Below are positions 1-9,600 of a DNA stretch of 64,000 nucleotides, piece after piece (the first letter of the stretch is position 1; each line of letters begins with the position of its first letter). Below the pieces are notes generated by a model. That model worked only from the letters and a program-made list of their open reading frames with translations. It was not told the origin of the DNA and did no database searches. Location of the stretch: positions 14,866-78,865 of the forward strand of contig JBHHYJ010000003.1 in assembly GCA_046757485.1 (NCBI GenBank). The letters are read 5' to 3'. This DNA comes from Gemmatimonadota bacterium. GTDB taxonomy: Bacteria > Gemmatimonadota > Gemmatimonadetes > Palauibacterales > Palauibacteraceae. A program made the position numbers and the translations under genes.

Positions 1-648
1 CGCGAGGACTCGAAGAGGCCGGAGCCGGGTGACCGGGGCGCCGACCGGCCGCTGCGGCTCGTGGCGGGCTCCACATGGCCGGAAGACGAGGAGCCTTTGC
101 TCGCGGGCGTGGCGAAGGTCGAGCGGCGGGGGTGCCCGGTGGAGCTGGTGCTGGTTCCTCATCGCCCGGAACCCGAGTCGGTGGCCGCTCTGGCCGGGCG
201 GTGCGCCGAGCGTCTGGGACGCCCGCCGAAGCTGTGGTCACGGGTGGACGGCCCTCGCCCGCGCGGAGAGTCGCCGCTCCCCCTGATCGTGGATGTGGTG
301 GGAATCCTGGCGGACCTGTACGGCCTGGCGGACGTGGCCTACGTGGGAGGGGGATTCGGGAAAGGCGGTCTCCATTCCGTGGTGGAGCCGGCGGCGGCCG
401 GGTTGCCGGTGCTCTTCGGACCGCAGGGCGCGCGGTGGGAGGCGGTGGAGCTGGAGGAACGGGGCGGCGCGGTGCGGGTCTCGGGTCCGGACGTGGCGGA
501 GACCCTGGAGCGCCTGGCGGACGAGTCCGTGCGGAGGAGGATGGGAGGCGCCGCCCGTCGTTACGTGGAGGAGCGTTGCGGAGGGGCGGCGGCCGGGGCG
601 GCGCTGGTCCTCGAGCTCCTGGGCGCGCGCTCGCGGCGCGCCGGTTGA
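1..648 (+). CDS. waaA: Kdo transferase (3-deoxy-D-manno-octulosonic-acid transferase), C-terminal fragment; 5' end lies outside the window
   Basis: Frame 1 is open from base 1. The C-terminal region resembles the Kdo-transferase family (VGGGFGKGGLHSVVEPAAAGLPVLFGP). No credible start in the window. Confidence 0.75.
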   Translation, partial: REDSKRPEPGDRGADRPLRLVAGSTWPEDEEPLLAGVAKVERRGCPVELVLVPHRPEPESVAALAGRCAERLGRPPKLWSRVDGPRPRGESPLPLIVDVVGILADLYGLADVAYVGGGFGKGGLHSVVEPAAAGLPVLFGPQGARWEAVELEERGGAVRVSGPDVAETLERLADESVRRRMGGAARRYVEERCGGAAAGAALVLELLGARSRRAG

Positions 649-687
649 CGGGCGCCGCGGCGGTCCCGGCGCCGCCCGCCGGAGTCG

Positions 688-948
688 TCAGCTGCCGGCA
701 CTCTCCGTGGGGGGAGACGACGGGGGCCGGTGCGTCCGCACCAGATTCGGCTTGGGCCCGAGCACGTACCACAGGAGACATCCGACGATCGGACACAGGA
801 GGATCACCCCGCTCCACAGGGCCTTCTCGCGGGTGCCCGTCCGCGCGGCGATCACCAGGATGATCGCCCACAGATCCAGGGCGGCCAGCAACGCGAGCAG
901 CAACCAGCGGCTGTCGACCGCGGCCAGAGCTTCCACGAGACCGCTCAC
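688..948 (-). CDS. small two-helix membrane protein, PLDc_N-like
   Basis: 86-aa ORF with two hydrophobic helices (WLLLALLAALDLWAIILVIA; VILLCPIVGCLLWYVLG). Its start overlaps the stop of the upstream ABC gene (945-948). Confidence 0.55.
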   Translation of the reverse strand: MSGLVEALAAVDSRWLLLALLAALDLWAIILVIAARTGTREKALWSGVILLCPIVGCLLWYVLGPKPNLVRTHRPPSSPPTESAGS

Positions 949-2789
949 GCGGCCGCCGTCGGGACGGCGAACTGAAGACGATACAGCCGCGCGTACAGTT
1001 CGCCGCGCTCCAGCAGCTCCCGGTGAGTGCCCGCCTCCCGAATCTCGCCGTGGTGCAGGACGAAGATCCGGTCCGCGTGCTGGATGGTCGAGAGTCGGTG
1101 CGCGATCACGATGCTCGTCCTCCCCTCCATGAGCTTCTCGAGGGCCTCCTGGATCTGGTACTCCAGCTCGGAGTCCACGGAGCTCGTCGCCTCGTCCAGC
1201 AGCAGGACTTCGGGGTCGCCGGCCAGCGCCCGCGCGAAGGAGAGCAACTGCCGCTCCCCGGCGCTCAGGTTGGCCCCCCGCTCCCCCAGACCGTGCTCGT
1301 ACCCGTCGCGGAGGCGTCGGATGTACCGATCGAGCCCCACCCGGCTGGCGGCGGCCCGCATCGCCCCGTCGGAGATCTCCGCGCGCCCCAGCACGATGTT
1401 CTTGCGAGCCGTCCCCGAGAAGAGATACACGTCCTGAAGCACCAGCCCCATCCGGGCCCGGAGCTCGGCGAGAGGAATCTCCCGGAGCTCCACCCCGTCC
1501 AGGGTGATCCGGCCTCTCTGGGGCTCATAGAAGCGCATGAGCAGGTTGAGGATCGTCGTCTTCCCGGCTCCCGTGGCCCCGACGATCGCCACCCGCTGGC
1601 CCGGTTCCACCACGAAATCGATCCCCTTGAGCACCCACTCGCGGCCCGGCGCCGGGGATCCGTCGCCCCCGCCTTCCCCGGGTGGTGCCTCCGTGTACCG
1701 GAACCACAGGTTCTCGAACGCGATGCGTCCATGCGCCGAGGGCCCGAGAACGCGTGGCCCCTCCGGCTCCCCGATCTCCGGCTCTTCGTCCAGCAGACGG
1801 AAGATGCGCTCCGAGCTCGCCATGGCACTCTGGAGGATGTTGTACTTCTCCGAAAGATCCTGGATCGGCCGGAAGAAGCGGCGGGCGTACTGGAGGAAGG
1901 CCGCGATGACGCCGATCGTCACCTCGCCACGGAGAGCGGCTCCTCCGCCGTACCAGATGATGAGGGCCAGGGCGATCGCCGCGAGGAGCTCCACGATCGG
2001 GAAGAAGAGAGCGTAGTACGTGATGGAACGGAGGTGAGCCTTGAGATACTCATCGTTGATCTGCCGGAAGCGGCCCCGGGTCGCTTCTTCCTGCCGGAAG
2101 AGCTGCACGACGCTCATCCCGCCGATGCGCTCCTGCACGTACGCGTTGATGCGAGCCAGACGCACGCGAATGTCGCGATACGCCCCGCGCGCCTTGGCCC
2201 GGAAGAGCGCGGCGGCGAGGAAGACGAACGGCAGGACGGTGAAGGTGGCGAGGGCCAGCTTCCAGTCCAGGGCCAGCATCGCCCCGATGATGAACAGAAG
2301 GGTGAAGACGTCGCCGAAGATCGTTACGACGCCGGTGGTGAACATCTCGTTCAGCACCTCCACGTCGCTCGTCAGCCGGGTCATGAGCCGCCCGACGGGG
2401 TGTCGGTCGAAGAAGGAGAGGCTCAGGCGCTGGAGGCGGGCGAAGACCTGGTTGCGAAGGTCCTGCATCACCCGCTGGCCGATCCAGGTGGTCAGGAGGG
2501 TGCGACCGTACTCCAGGGCGCCCGCCACCAGCAGGGCCGCCAGGTAGGCGCCGCCGAGGAGAGCGAGAAGCCGATGGTCGCCGGCCGGAATCGCCCGGTC
2601 GATCGCCACCTTCGTGAGCCAGGGACCGACGAGCTCCAAACCCGAGGCCGCTATGAGGGTCGCGACGGCGACGGCGACGTGCCACCGGTAGCTTCGCAGG
2701 TAGCGGAGCAGACGACGCATGAGGCGAGCGTCGTACGCCTTCCCGAGCGCTTCCTCTTCTCTGATCGCGGTTTCTGGACTCGTCCGCAC
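945..2789 (-). CDS. ABC exporter, fused permease/ATPase (MsbA-like lipid/LPS-precursor exporter)
   Basis: N-terminal 6-TM exporter domain followed by an NBD with Walker A GATGAGKTT, signature LSAGERQ and Walker B LLLDEATS. Start set at GTG 2789 (AAGGA about 7 nt upstream), not the ORF-track start at 2969. Lies next to waaA. Confidence 0.9.
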   Translation of the reverse strand: MRTSPETAIREEEALGKAYDARLMRRLLRYLRSYRWHVAVAVATLIAASGLELVGPWLTKVAIDRAIPAGDHRLLALLGGAYLAALLVAGALEYGRTLLTTWIGQRVMQDLRNQVFARLQRLSLSFFDRHPVGRLMTRLTSDVEVLNEMFTTGVVTIFGDVFTLLFIIGAMLALDWKLALATFTVLPFVFLAAALFRAKARGAYRDIRVRLARINAYVQERIGGMSVVQLFRQEEATRGRFRQINDEYLKAHLRSITYYALFFPIVELLAAIALALIIWYGGGAALRGEVTIGVIAAFLQYARRFFRPIQDLSEKYNILQSAMASSERIFRLLDEEPEIGEPEGPRVLGPSAHGRIAFENLWFRYTEAPPGEGGGDGSPAPGREWVLKGIDFVVEPGQRVAIVGATGAGKTTILNLLMRFYEPQRGRITLDGVELREIPLAELRARMGLVLQDVYLFSGTARKNIVLGRAEISDGAMRAAASRVGLDRYIRRLRDGYEHGLGERGANLSAGERQLLSFARALAGDPEVLLLDEATSSVDSELEYQIQEALEKLMEGRTSIVIAHRLSTIQHADRIFVLHHGEIREAGTHRELLERGELYARLYRLQFAVPTAAA

Positions 2790-2932
2790 CGGTCGTCCTT
2801 CGCAGCGCCATCCGGCCGAGCGTCGGCCCGGCCCGCGTCTCCCGCCGAAAGCTGGGCAAGATAGGCGGGGCTCGCGAGGGGGGCGAGCCGTCCGCCTCCC
2901 GTGTCGCCGGCGCCCCCCCGGGGGCCCGTCGT

Positions 2933-2950
2933 GGTTCTTCAACAGGCTTC
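2933..2950 (+). repeat. 18-nt intergenic motif GGTTCTTCAACAGGCTTC, copy 1
   Basis: Exact match to 42135-42152 and 15/18 match to 31595-31612. Lies in the divergent ABC/uvrA intergenic region. Confidence 0.6.
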
Positions 2951-3001
2951 GAGGCGGCGCACCTGGCACCTGCGGCCGTCACCCCGGTATCATCTCGGCC
3001 G

Positions 3002-5893
3002 ATGAAGGATGCGATCCAGATCCGGGGCGCCCGCCAGCACAACTTGAAGGGAATCGACCTGGAGATTCCCCGGCGATCTCTCACGGTCCTGACGGGCCCC
3101 TCCGGCTCGGGCAAGTCGAGCCTCGCCTTCGACACCGTGTACGCGGAAGGCCAGCGCCGGTACATCGAGTCGCTCTCCACCTACGCGAAACAGTTTCTGG
3201 AGCGCATGGAAAAGCCCGCCGTGGACCGGGTCGAGGGCGTGAGCCCTTCCGTGGCGATCGATCAGCGGAATCGGGTCAAGACGAGCCGCTCCACGGTGGG
3301 CACGGTCACCGAGGTATACGATTACCTTCGCCTCCTGTGGGCCCGGGTGGGGCGGACGCGCTGTCCGGGGTGCCGGGCGGAGGTCGTCCCGGACACCGTC
3401 CACTCGGCGGCGGCGGAGATCCTCGCGTGGGCCTCGGGCCAGCGGCTGTACGTGGCGTTCCCCCTCCATCTGAGCGCCGGAATCGGTCACGAGCTCGCGG
3501 CCGCCAACCTCCGGGCTCAGGGCTACCTCCGGGTGCTGGCCGACGGAACGGAATGGCATCTGGCAGAGTCGGAGGCCGAGCCTTCGAGCGGGGCCGCCGT
3601 CCCCGATCTCGCCGCCGCCCGCGAGCTGCTGGTCGTCGTGGATCGACTGCGCGTGGATCCGAAGGCGCGAGAGCGGCTGGTGGACTCGCTCGCCGCGGCG
3701 TTCGCCGAGGGGGACGGCCAGGCCGTGGCGCTCCGTGGGAGCTCGGAGGGTCTCGAGGACTGGCGTGCGCGGGAACGGCGCACGTTCTCCGAGGCGTTCC
3801 GGTGCGGGTGTGGCCAGGAGTTCGCCGAGCCCCGGCCCTCCCTGTTCAGCTTCAACAGCCCGGCGGGGGCATGTCCCGCGTGCACCGGCTTCGGTGCGAC
3901 CCTGGAGTACGACCCTGACCTCATCGTGCCGGACCCGAGCCTGTCGCTCGCGGGGGGGGCGATCGATCCCTGGGCCAAGCCACGCTATCGAGAGCAGCGA
4001 AGCCGGCTGGCGAGCTGGACCCGCCGGAAGGGCGTCGATCCGCGGACGCCGTGGCGGGAGCTGCCGGAGAGCGCCAGGCAGGAGCTTCTGCACGGAGGGG
4101 CGGGGTTCCAGGGAGTTCTTCCGTTTCTTCGCTCCAAGGAGAGGAAGCGCTACAAGCGGTACATCCGGGTCTTTCTGCGGCAGTATCAGACGCCGCGGAG
4201 ATGCGCTTCCTGCGGCGGCGCCCGGCTCCGACCGGAGGCGCTGAACGTGGAGGTGGGCGGGCTGTCGATCGCGGCGGCCGCGGCGCTGCCGATCGACGAG
4301 CTGCGAGGGAGGCTGAACGGCCTGGAGCTGCCGCCGTTCGCGCGCAAGATCTCCGCCTCGGTACTGGAGGAGCTGGCCGACCGGCTCGGTTTTCTCGCCG
4401 AGGTGGGCCTCGGCTACCTGACGCTGGACCGTCCGGCCCGCACGCTGGCGGGCGGCGAGATGCAGCGGATTCGTCTGGCCAGCTGTCTCGGGAGCCACCT
4501 GGCCGACACGCTGTACGTGCTCGACGAGCCCACGATCGGCCTTCACCCCCGCGACGTGGAGCGCTTCCTGGACGTTCTGTGCCGGCTCCGGGACCGGGGG
4601 AACACCGTGCTCGTGGTGGAGCACGAGCCGCGCGTCCTTCGTCGCGCCGATCTCATCGTCGAGCTGGGACCCGGAGCCGGCGAGCGGGGCGGCGAGGTCG
4701 TCTTTCGGGGAAGCTGGGAGGCGCTTTGCGAGGCCGACACGGCCACCGGGCGGGCCCTGGCCCGACGGGGACGACGGCCGGTGCGGATCGGCTCCCGACA
4801 GCGGCGACTGGCGCTGGGCGCGGGCGCGGGCGGCCCCGCCGGCGGTTGGCTACGCCTGCGCGGGGCCGAGCTGCACAACGTTCGGGGGCTGGACGTGGAG
4901 ATCCCCCTGGGGTGCCTGACCGTGGTCACCGGCGTGTCGGGCGCCGGGAAGTCCACTCTGGTGCACGACATCCTGTATCGGGCCCTCGAACGGCGGCTGC
5001 ACGGACGAAGCAGCGCCAAGGAGCATCTGGGCGAGACGACCGGCACCCTGAGCGCCCTGGAGGGCTCCTCCTCCCTGGATGCCGTCGTGCTCGTGGATCA
5101 GTCCCCGATCGGGCGTACGCCCCGCTCGAATCCCGTTACGTACATCAAGGCGTTCGGGGAGATCCGTCGGATCTTCGCGAAGCAGCCGCTGGCCCGACGG
5201 AGGAACTACGGCCCCGGACACTTCAGCTTCAACGTTCGCGGTGGACGGTGCGAGGCGTGCAAGGGCGTTGGTGTCGAGCAGGTCGAGATGGTCTTCCTGG
5301 CGGACGTCGCCGTGCCGTGCGACGCGTGCCGCGGCGCCCGCTACCGAGCGGGGGTGCTGGAGGTCGAGTACCGGGGGAGAAACATCCGGCAGGTGCTGGA
5401 GCTTACGGCCGACCAGGCGATCCGGTTCTTCCTGCGGGAGGATCGTCTGGGAGGGATCCTGTGGCAGCTCCAGCGGGTGGGGCTCGGTTACCTGCGGCTC
5501 GGACAGCCGGCGACGACCCTCTCCGGGGGCGAGGCCCAACGTCTGAAGGTAGCCAGGGAGCTGGCCGTCCGTCCGGGCTCCGGCCGACGCCTGTACATTC
5601 TGGACGAGCCCACCGTGGGCCTCGGCCTCGGCGAGATCGAGACCCTGGTCTCGGTGCTGCGGGAGCTCGTGGGTGAGGGCCACACGGTCCTGCTCGTGGA
5701 GCACAACCTGGACGTGATCGCCCGGGCGGACTGGGTGATCGACCTGGGTCCCGAGGCGGCGGCGGGGGGCGGTCGCCTCGTGGTGGCGGGAGAGCCCGAG
5801 CGCGTGGCCCGCGCCCGCGCCTCCCACACGGGACGGTATCTCCGTCGGCACCTGGCGGCGGCCGACTCGGCCGGGGAGGCGCGGGCGGGATGA
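3002..5893 (+). CDS. uvrA: excinuclease ABC subunit A
   Basis: 963 aa. N-terminus MKDAIQIRGARQHNLKGIDLEIPR..GPSGSGKSSLAFDT. Two ABC ATPase modules with Cys-cluster zinc modules, colinear with UvrA. Confidence 0.97.
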   Translation: MKDAIQIRGARQHNLKGIDLEIPRRSLTVLTGPSGSGKSSLAFDTVYAEGQRRYIESLSTYAKQFLERMEKPAVDRVEGVSPSVAIDQRNRVKTSRSTVGTVTEVYDYLRLLWARVGRTRCPGCRAEVVPDTVHSAAAEILAWASGQRLYVAFPLHLSAGIGHELAAANLRAQGYLRVLADGTEWHLAESEAEPSSGAAVPDLAAARELLVVVDRLRVDPKARERLVDSLAAAFAEGDGQAVALRGSSEGLEDWRARERRTFSEAFRCGCGQEFAEPRPSLFSFNSPAGACPACTGFGATLEYDPDLIVPDPSLSLAGGAIDPWAKPRYREQRSRLASWTRRKGVDPRTPWRELPESARQELLHGGAGFQGVLPFLRSKERKRYKRYIRVFLRQYQTPRRCASCGGARLRPEALNVEVGGLSIAAAAALPIDELRGRLNGLELPPFARKISASVLEELADRLGFLAEVGLGYLTLDRPARTLAGGEMQRIRLASCLGSHLADTLYVLDEPTIGLHPRDVERFLDVLCRLRDRGNTVLVVEHEPRVLRRADLIVELGPGAGERGGEVVFRGSWEALCEADTATGRALARRGRRPVRIGSRQRRLALGAGAGGPAGGWLRLRGAELHNVRGLDVEIPLGCLTVVTGVSGAGKSTLVHDILYRALERRLHGRSSAKEHLGETTGTLSALEGSSSLDAVVLVDQSPIGRTPRSNPVTYIKAFGEIRRIFAKQPLARRRNYGPGHFSFNVRGGRCEACKGVGVEQVEMVFLADVAVPCDACRGARYRAGVLEVEYRGRNIRQVLELTADQAIRFFLREDRLGGILWQLQRVGLGYLRLGQPATTLSGGEAQRLKVARELAVRPGSGRRLYILDEPTVGLGLGEIETLVSVLRELVGEGHTVLLVEHNLDVIARADWVIDLGPEAAAGGGRLVVAGEPERVARARASHTGRYLRRHLAAADSAGEARAG

Positions 5894-6753
5894 GGGTGAG
5901 AAGACGGAGTCGAGCGATGTTCCAGACAGTCGAGGGAACGCCACCCACACTCTTCCCGGCGGCCGACTCCGCGAGGGCCGCCCGGAGCGTAGAGGTGCGG
6001 CGGACCGTGGCCGTCGCGGGCGTCCTGGGTTCGCTGGCGTGCGGCGGGGTGGCGGGCTTCGCACACGCCCAGGAGCCGCCGCCCTCCCCGGCCGCCGGGA
6101 GCTCGCTGGATGCGTCCAGGATCGCCACCGGAGCGTTCCGGTACGTGATGCTGCTACAGGGGAGGAAGTTCGGGGAGTTCGGCCTCACGGTGACCCGGCG
6201 GGAGGACGGCAGCTTCCAGGTCAGCGAGGAGGCCGCGGGCGCCGCGGGGCGACAGCGAAGCACGTACCTCTTCACCCGGGATCTCCGCCCCGTGTCGGCG
6301 GACCAGGAGGGCACGTTCGGGGAGGTGAGCGCTTCCCTTCATCTGACGTACGAGGGTCCCTGGGTGCGGGGTCGTGCACGGCTGCCGGCGGAGGAGGACC
6401 CCCCCACCGACAGCCCCCGGGTGCGCGAAGTCGTCGTGGACACGCTTCTGGCGCCGGGCACGCTGGACGAGCAGATGGAGCTGGCCGTGATCCTGGCCGG
6501 CCCGCTGCGTCCGGGTGCCCGGATCGAACGACCGATCTTCAGCCCCGGTCGCGGAGTCCGGCGCTTGCGGGCCGCGGTGACGGATGAGGTCACCGTGAAG
6601 GTCCCGGCGGGCACGTTCGAGACGTACCGGGTAGAGATCTCCTCGGCGGAGTCGGGCCTCGTGGTGTACGTGACCCGGGACCTCCCACGACGCCTCGTCA
6701 AAGAGGAGCTGGGGGGCGGGGCCGTTTCCATTGAGCTCGAGTCGGGCGGCTGA
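5890..6753 (+). CDS. hypothetical exported protein (possibly DUF3108-like)
   Basis: ATGA start/stop overlap with uvrA. Signal-like segment VAVAGVLGSLACGGVAGFAHA. Coding-type GC3. No motif I can assign firmly. Confidence 0.5.
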   Translation: MRVRRRSRAMFQTVEGTPPTLFPAADSARAARSVEVRRTVAVAGVLGSLACGGVAGFAHAQEPPPSPAAGSSLDASRIATGAFRYVMLLQGRKFGEFGLTVTRREDGSFQVSEEAAGAAGRQRSTYLFTRDLRPVSADQEGTFGEVSASLHLTYEGPWVRGRARLPAEEDPPTDSPRVREVVVDTLLAPGTLDEQMELAVILAGPLRPGARIERPIFSPGRGVRRLRAAVTDEVTVKVPAGTFETYRVEISSAESGLVVYVTRDLPRRLVKEELGGGAVSIELESGG

Positions 6754-7059
6754 GCCTCGGGTCGATCCTGTACGGGAGCAGGACAACGGTCCCGCCGCGC
6801 CCGCCGGCGGAAGCCCTGCGGGTCCCTCGCGCCGCCTGCCAGCGGAGGCCGGTGCAAGCGTCTCCCGTCCCTGGCCGGAGGGCATTCCGGGCCGCTCATC
6901 GGATTCGCGCCGGGCTCGGGCGGCGGCTAGATTTTCTCCGTGGCAGGCCTACGGCCCGCCGCCGGGAAGCGGCTGCGGGGCGACCGATCGGGGCGACTCC
7001 CGCCGGCCGCCGACGAAGACTCTCCCGCCGGACGTTTTGACCCGAACAGAGCGGCTTTC

Positions 7060-9600
7060 ATGGCGACATCCGAACGCGTGGAGCGAATAGAATCTCGCCT
7101 GCTGGAAGATGAGATGCGGGATTCGTTCATCGACTACTCGATGAGCGTGATCGTGCAGAGGGCATTGCCGGACGTGCGGGACGGGCTGAAGCCGGTGCAC
7201 CGCCGGATCCTGTATGCCATGCACGAGCTCGGCCTGGCGCCCAACCGTCCCTATAAGAAGAGCGCCACGGTCGTGGGCGACGTGCTCGGGAAGTACCATC
7301 CGCACGGCGACGCCGCCGTGTACGACTCTCTCGTCCGCATGGTACAGGAGTTCTCGCTGCGCTATCCCCTCGTGGATGGCCAGGGGAACTTCGGCTCCGT
7401 CGACGGGGACAGCGCGGCCGCCTACCGGTACACCGAGGCCCGCCTGGCGCCGATCGCCATGGAGATGCTGGCCAACATCGAGAAGGACACGGTCGGCTTC
7501 GCGCCCAACTTCGACGATCAGCGCCGCGAGCCGACGGTGCTGCCGGCGACGCTCCCGAACCTCCTCGTCAACGGCTCGTCGGGGATCGCGGTGGGGATGG
7601 CCACCAACATCCCGCCCCACAACCTGCGGGAGGTCGTCGCGGCGTGCGAGCGGCTCATCGAGGATCCCGAAGCGCGGGTCGAAGAGCTCGCGGAGCTGGT
7701 GCGGGGTCCGGATTTCCCGACCGGGGGGTTCGTCTACGGCACTCAGGGAATCGAGCAGGCGCAGCGTACGGGTCGCGGTCGCATCGTGATGCGAGCTCGG
7801 ACCCACTTCGAGGAGCGCGAAGGGGGCCGGGAGCGGATCGTGGTCACCGAGATCCCGTTCATGGTGAACAAGGTCCGGCTCATCGAGCAGATCGCCCAGC
7901 TCGTGCGCGACAAGAAGGTGGACGAGATCGCCGACCTGAGGGACGAGTCCGACCGGGACGGAATCCGCCTGGTGATCGAGCTGAAGCGAGACGTCATCCC
8001 CGAGATCGTCCTCAACCAGCTGTACAAGCACACCCAGATGCAGTCGACCTTCGGGGCGATCATGATCGCCCTGGTGGACGGCGTTCCGCGGGTCCTGAAC
8101 CTGAAGGAGATGCTCCAGCACTTCGTGGAGCACCGCCATGACGTGGTCGTGCGACGGAGCGAGCACGATCTCGGGGTGGCCAGGGACCGGGAGCACGTCC
8201 TGGAGGGCCTCAAGGTCGCGGTCGACAACATCGAAGAGGTGATCGAGATCATCCGCGAGGCCCGGGACGCGAAGGTGGCGGGCGATCGTCTCCGGGAGCG
8301 GTTCGAGCTCACCGAGCGTCAGTCCGAGGCGATCCTGAACATGCGTCTGGCCCGCCTCACCGGGCTCGAGATCGAGAAGCTGGAGGAGGAGCTGGAGGAG
8401 GTGCGGGCCGAGGTGAAGCGGTTGGAGGAGATCCTCGGCTCGCGGGCGCTCCGCATGCAGATCGTCCGCGAGGAGCTCCGGGCGGTGGCCGACAAGTACG
8501 GGGACGTGCGGCGCACGGAGATCCTGGATGTCCGGGCGGAGCTTACGGAGGAGGACCTGATCGCCGAGCAGTCGATGGTGATCACCGTGAGCCACGCGGG
8601 CTACATCAAGCGCATTCCCCTGGACGTGTACCGGCAGCAGCGGAGGGGAGGGCGGGGGATCGCGGGCATGGAGACGAAGGAGGAGGACTGGGTGGAGCAC
8701 CTCTTCCTGGCCTCGACCCACGATTCGCTCCTCATCTTCACGGCGGACGGCCAGGTCTATGTCCTGAAGGTGTACGAGCTTCCGAGGGCGGGTCGAACGG
8801 CTCGGGGGAAGCCGATCGTGAACCTGATCCCCGTGCACAAGGAGGATGTCATCGCGGCCGTCCTTCCGGTCAGGGAGTTCCGCGAGGATCGCTACCTGCT
8901 GTTCGCCACGCGGAACGGCCAGGTCAAGAAAACGAGCCTGGCAGAGTACGTGAACGTTCGTTCTCCCGGGATCAACGCGATCAACGTGGTGGGCGACGAC
9001 CGGCTCATCGAGGTGCAGCTCACCGACGGGACGAACGACGTGATCCTGGCCACCCGGAACGGCATGGCGATCCGCTTCCCGGAGTCGGACGCGCGTCGGA
9101 TGGGCCGGGTCACACAGGGCGTGCGGGGCGTGAATCTCGAGGAAGGGGATGAGGTGGTGGGCATGGTCGTCGTTCGCCGGGAGGCGAGCTTGCTGACGGT
9201 CACGGAGAGGGGGATGGGGAAGCGGACGCGGGTCGGCGAGTACCGCCCCCAACGCCGCGGCGGGAAGGGGCTCATCAACCTGCGGATCACCGAGAGAACC
9301 GGGCGGGTGGTCGCGGCAAGGGAGGTGGCGGATGAAGATGAGATCATCCTCGTCACCCGAAACGGAGTCATCAACCGCCAGCGGGCCGCGGAGATCCGGG
9401 TCATCGGGCGGAACACACAGGGAGTGCGCCTCGTGAACCTGGACGATGGGGATGAAGTCGTGGACATGGCTCGCGTGGTGACCGAGGAGGAGGCGGCCGC
9501 GGCGGCGGAGGCTCCCGGAATCGGACCCGGCGACACGAAGCCTGGCGCCGCCGCAGCTTCCGCGGAGGGAGCGGGACGGGCGGGCGGGGAGCGGGAGTGA
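7060..9600 (+). CDS. gyrA: DNA gyrase subunit A
   Basis: Start at ATG 7060 ([49 protein letters not shown]). [19 protein letters not shown], catalytic Tyr region [10 protein letters not shown], GyrA box QRRGGRG. Confidence 0.97.
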   Translation: MATSERVERIESRLLEDEMRDSFIDYSMSVIVQRALPDVRDGLKPVHRRILYAMHELGLAPNRPYKKSATVVGDVLGKYHPHGDAAVYDSLVRMVQEFSLRYPLVDGQGNFGSVDGDSAAAYRYTEARLAPIAMEMLANIEKDTVGFAPNFDDQRREPTVLPATLPNLLVNGSSGIAVGMATNIPPHNLREVVAACERLIEDPEARVEELAELVRGPDFPTGGFVYGTQGIEQAQRTGRGRIVMRARTHFEEREGGRERIVVTEIPFMVNKVRLIEQIAQLVRDKKVDEIADLRDESDRDGIRLVIELKRDVIPEIVLNQLYKHTQMQSTFGAIMIALVDGVPRVLNLKEMLQHFVEHRHDVVVRRSEHDLGVARDREHVLEGLKVAVDNIEEVIEIIREARDAKVAGDRLRERFELTERQSEAILNMRLARLTGLEIEKLEEELEEVRAEVKRLEEILGSRALRMQIVREELRAVADKYGDVRRTEILDVRAELTEEDLIAEQSMVITVSHAGYIKRIPLDVYRQQRRGGRGIAGMETKEEDWVEHLFLASTHDSLLIFTADGQVYVLKVYELPRAGRTARGKPIVNLIPVHKEDVIAAVLPVREFREDRYLLFATRNGQVKKTSLAEYVNVRSPGINAINVVGDDRLIEVQLTDGTNDVILATRNGMAIRFPESDARRMGRVTQGVRGVNLEEGDEVVGMVVVRREASLLTVTERGMGKRTRVGEYRPQRRGGKGLINLRITERTGRVVAAREVADEDEIILVTRNGVINRQRAAEIRVIGRNTQGVRLVNLDDGDEVVDMARVVTEEEAAAAAEAPGIGPGDTKPGAAAASAEGAGRAGGERE

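Noticed and set aside
2964-2978. A sigma-54-like TGGCAC upstream of uvrA.
   Set aside because: TGGCAC is present, but the -12 element is missing. At the required 12-nt offset the bases are CG, not GC, and there is no TTGC.
2911-3001. A LexA/SOS box upstream of uvrA.
   Set aside because: I found no match to the LexA box types I know: CTGT-N8-ACAG, GAAC-N4-GTTC, GTTC-N7-GTTC or TGCNC-N4-GTGCA. The repeated 18-nt motif here also occurs next to non-SOS genes.
6940-7059. ORF-track N-terminal extensions. Examples: gyrA from 6940, serA from 35388, kbl from 45077, ccmG from 19266, CcmE from 21057, the histidine phosphatase from 48693, the sensor kinase from 56793 and the YfhO-like gene from 61070.
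   Set aside because: The extensions overlap upstream genes or are Arg/Pro/Gly-rich with no homology. Internal ATG/GTG/TTG starts give N-termini that match the protein families and often sit at 4-nt start/stop overlaps or after an SD.
6949-9252. Very long ORFs antisense to, or out of frame with, recognised genes. Examples: 6949-9252 versus gyrA, and also 1023-2864, 2990-4624, 18300-20450, 25049-26665, 25107-26951, 36036-38039, 52303-55002, 58966-60612 and 61223-62758.
   Set aside because: Stop codons are rare in about 70% GC DNA, so such ORFs are expected by chance. Their products are Arg/Pro/Gly/His-rich low-complexity strings with no motifs. Each overlaps a gene with clear family signatures in another frame.
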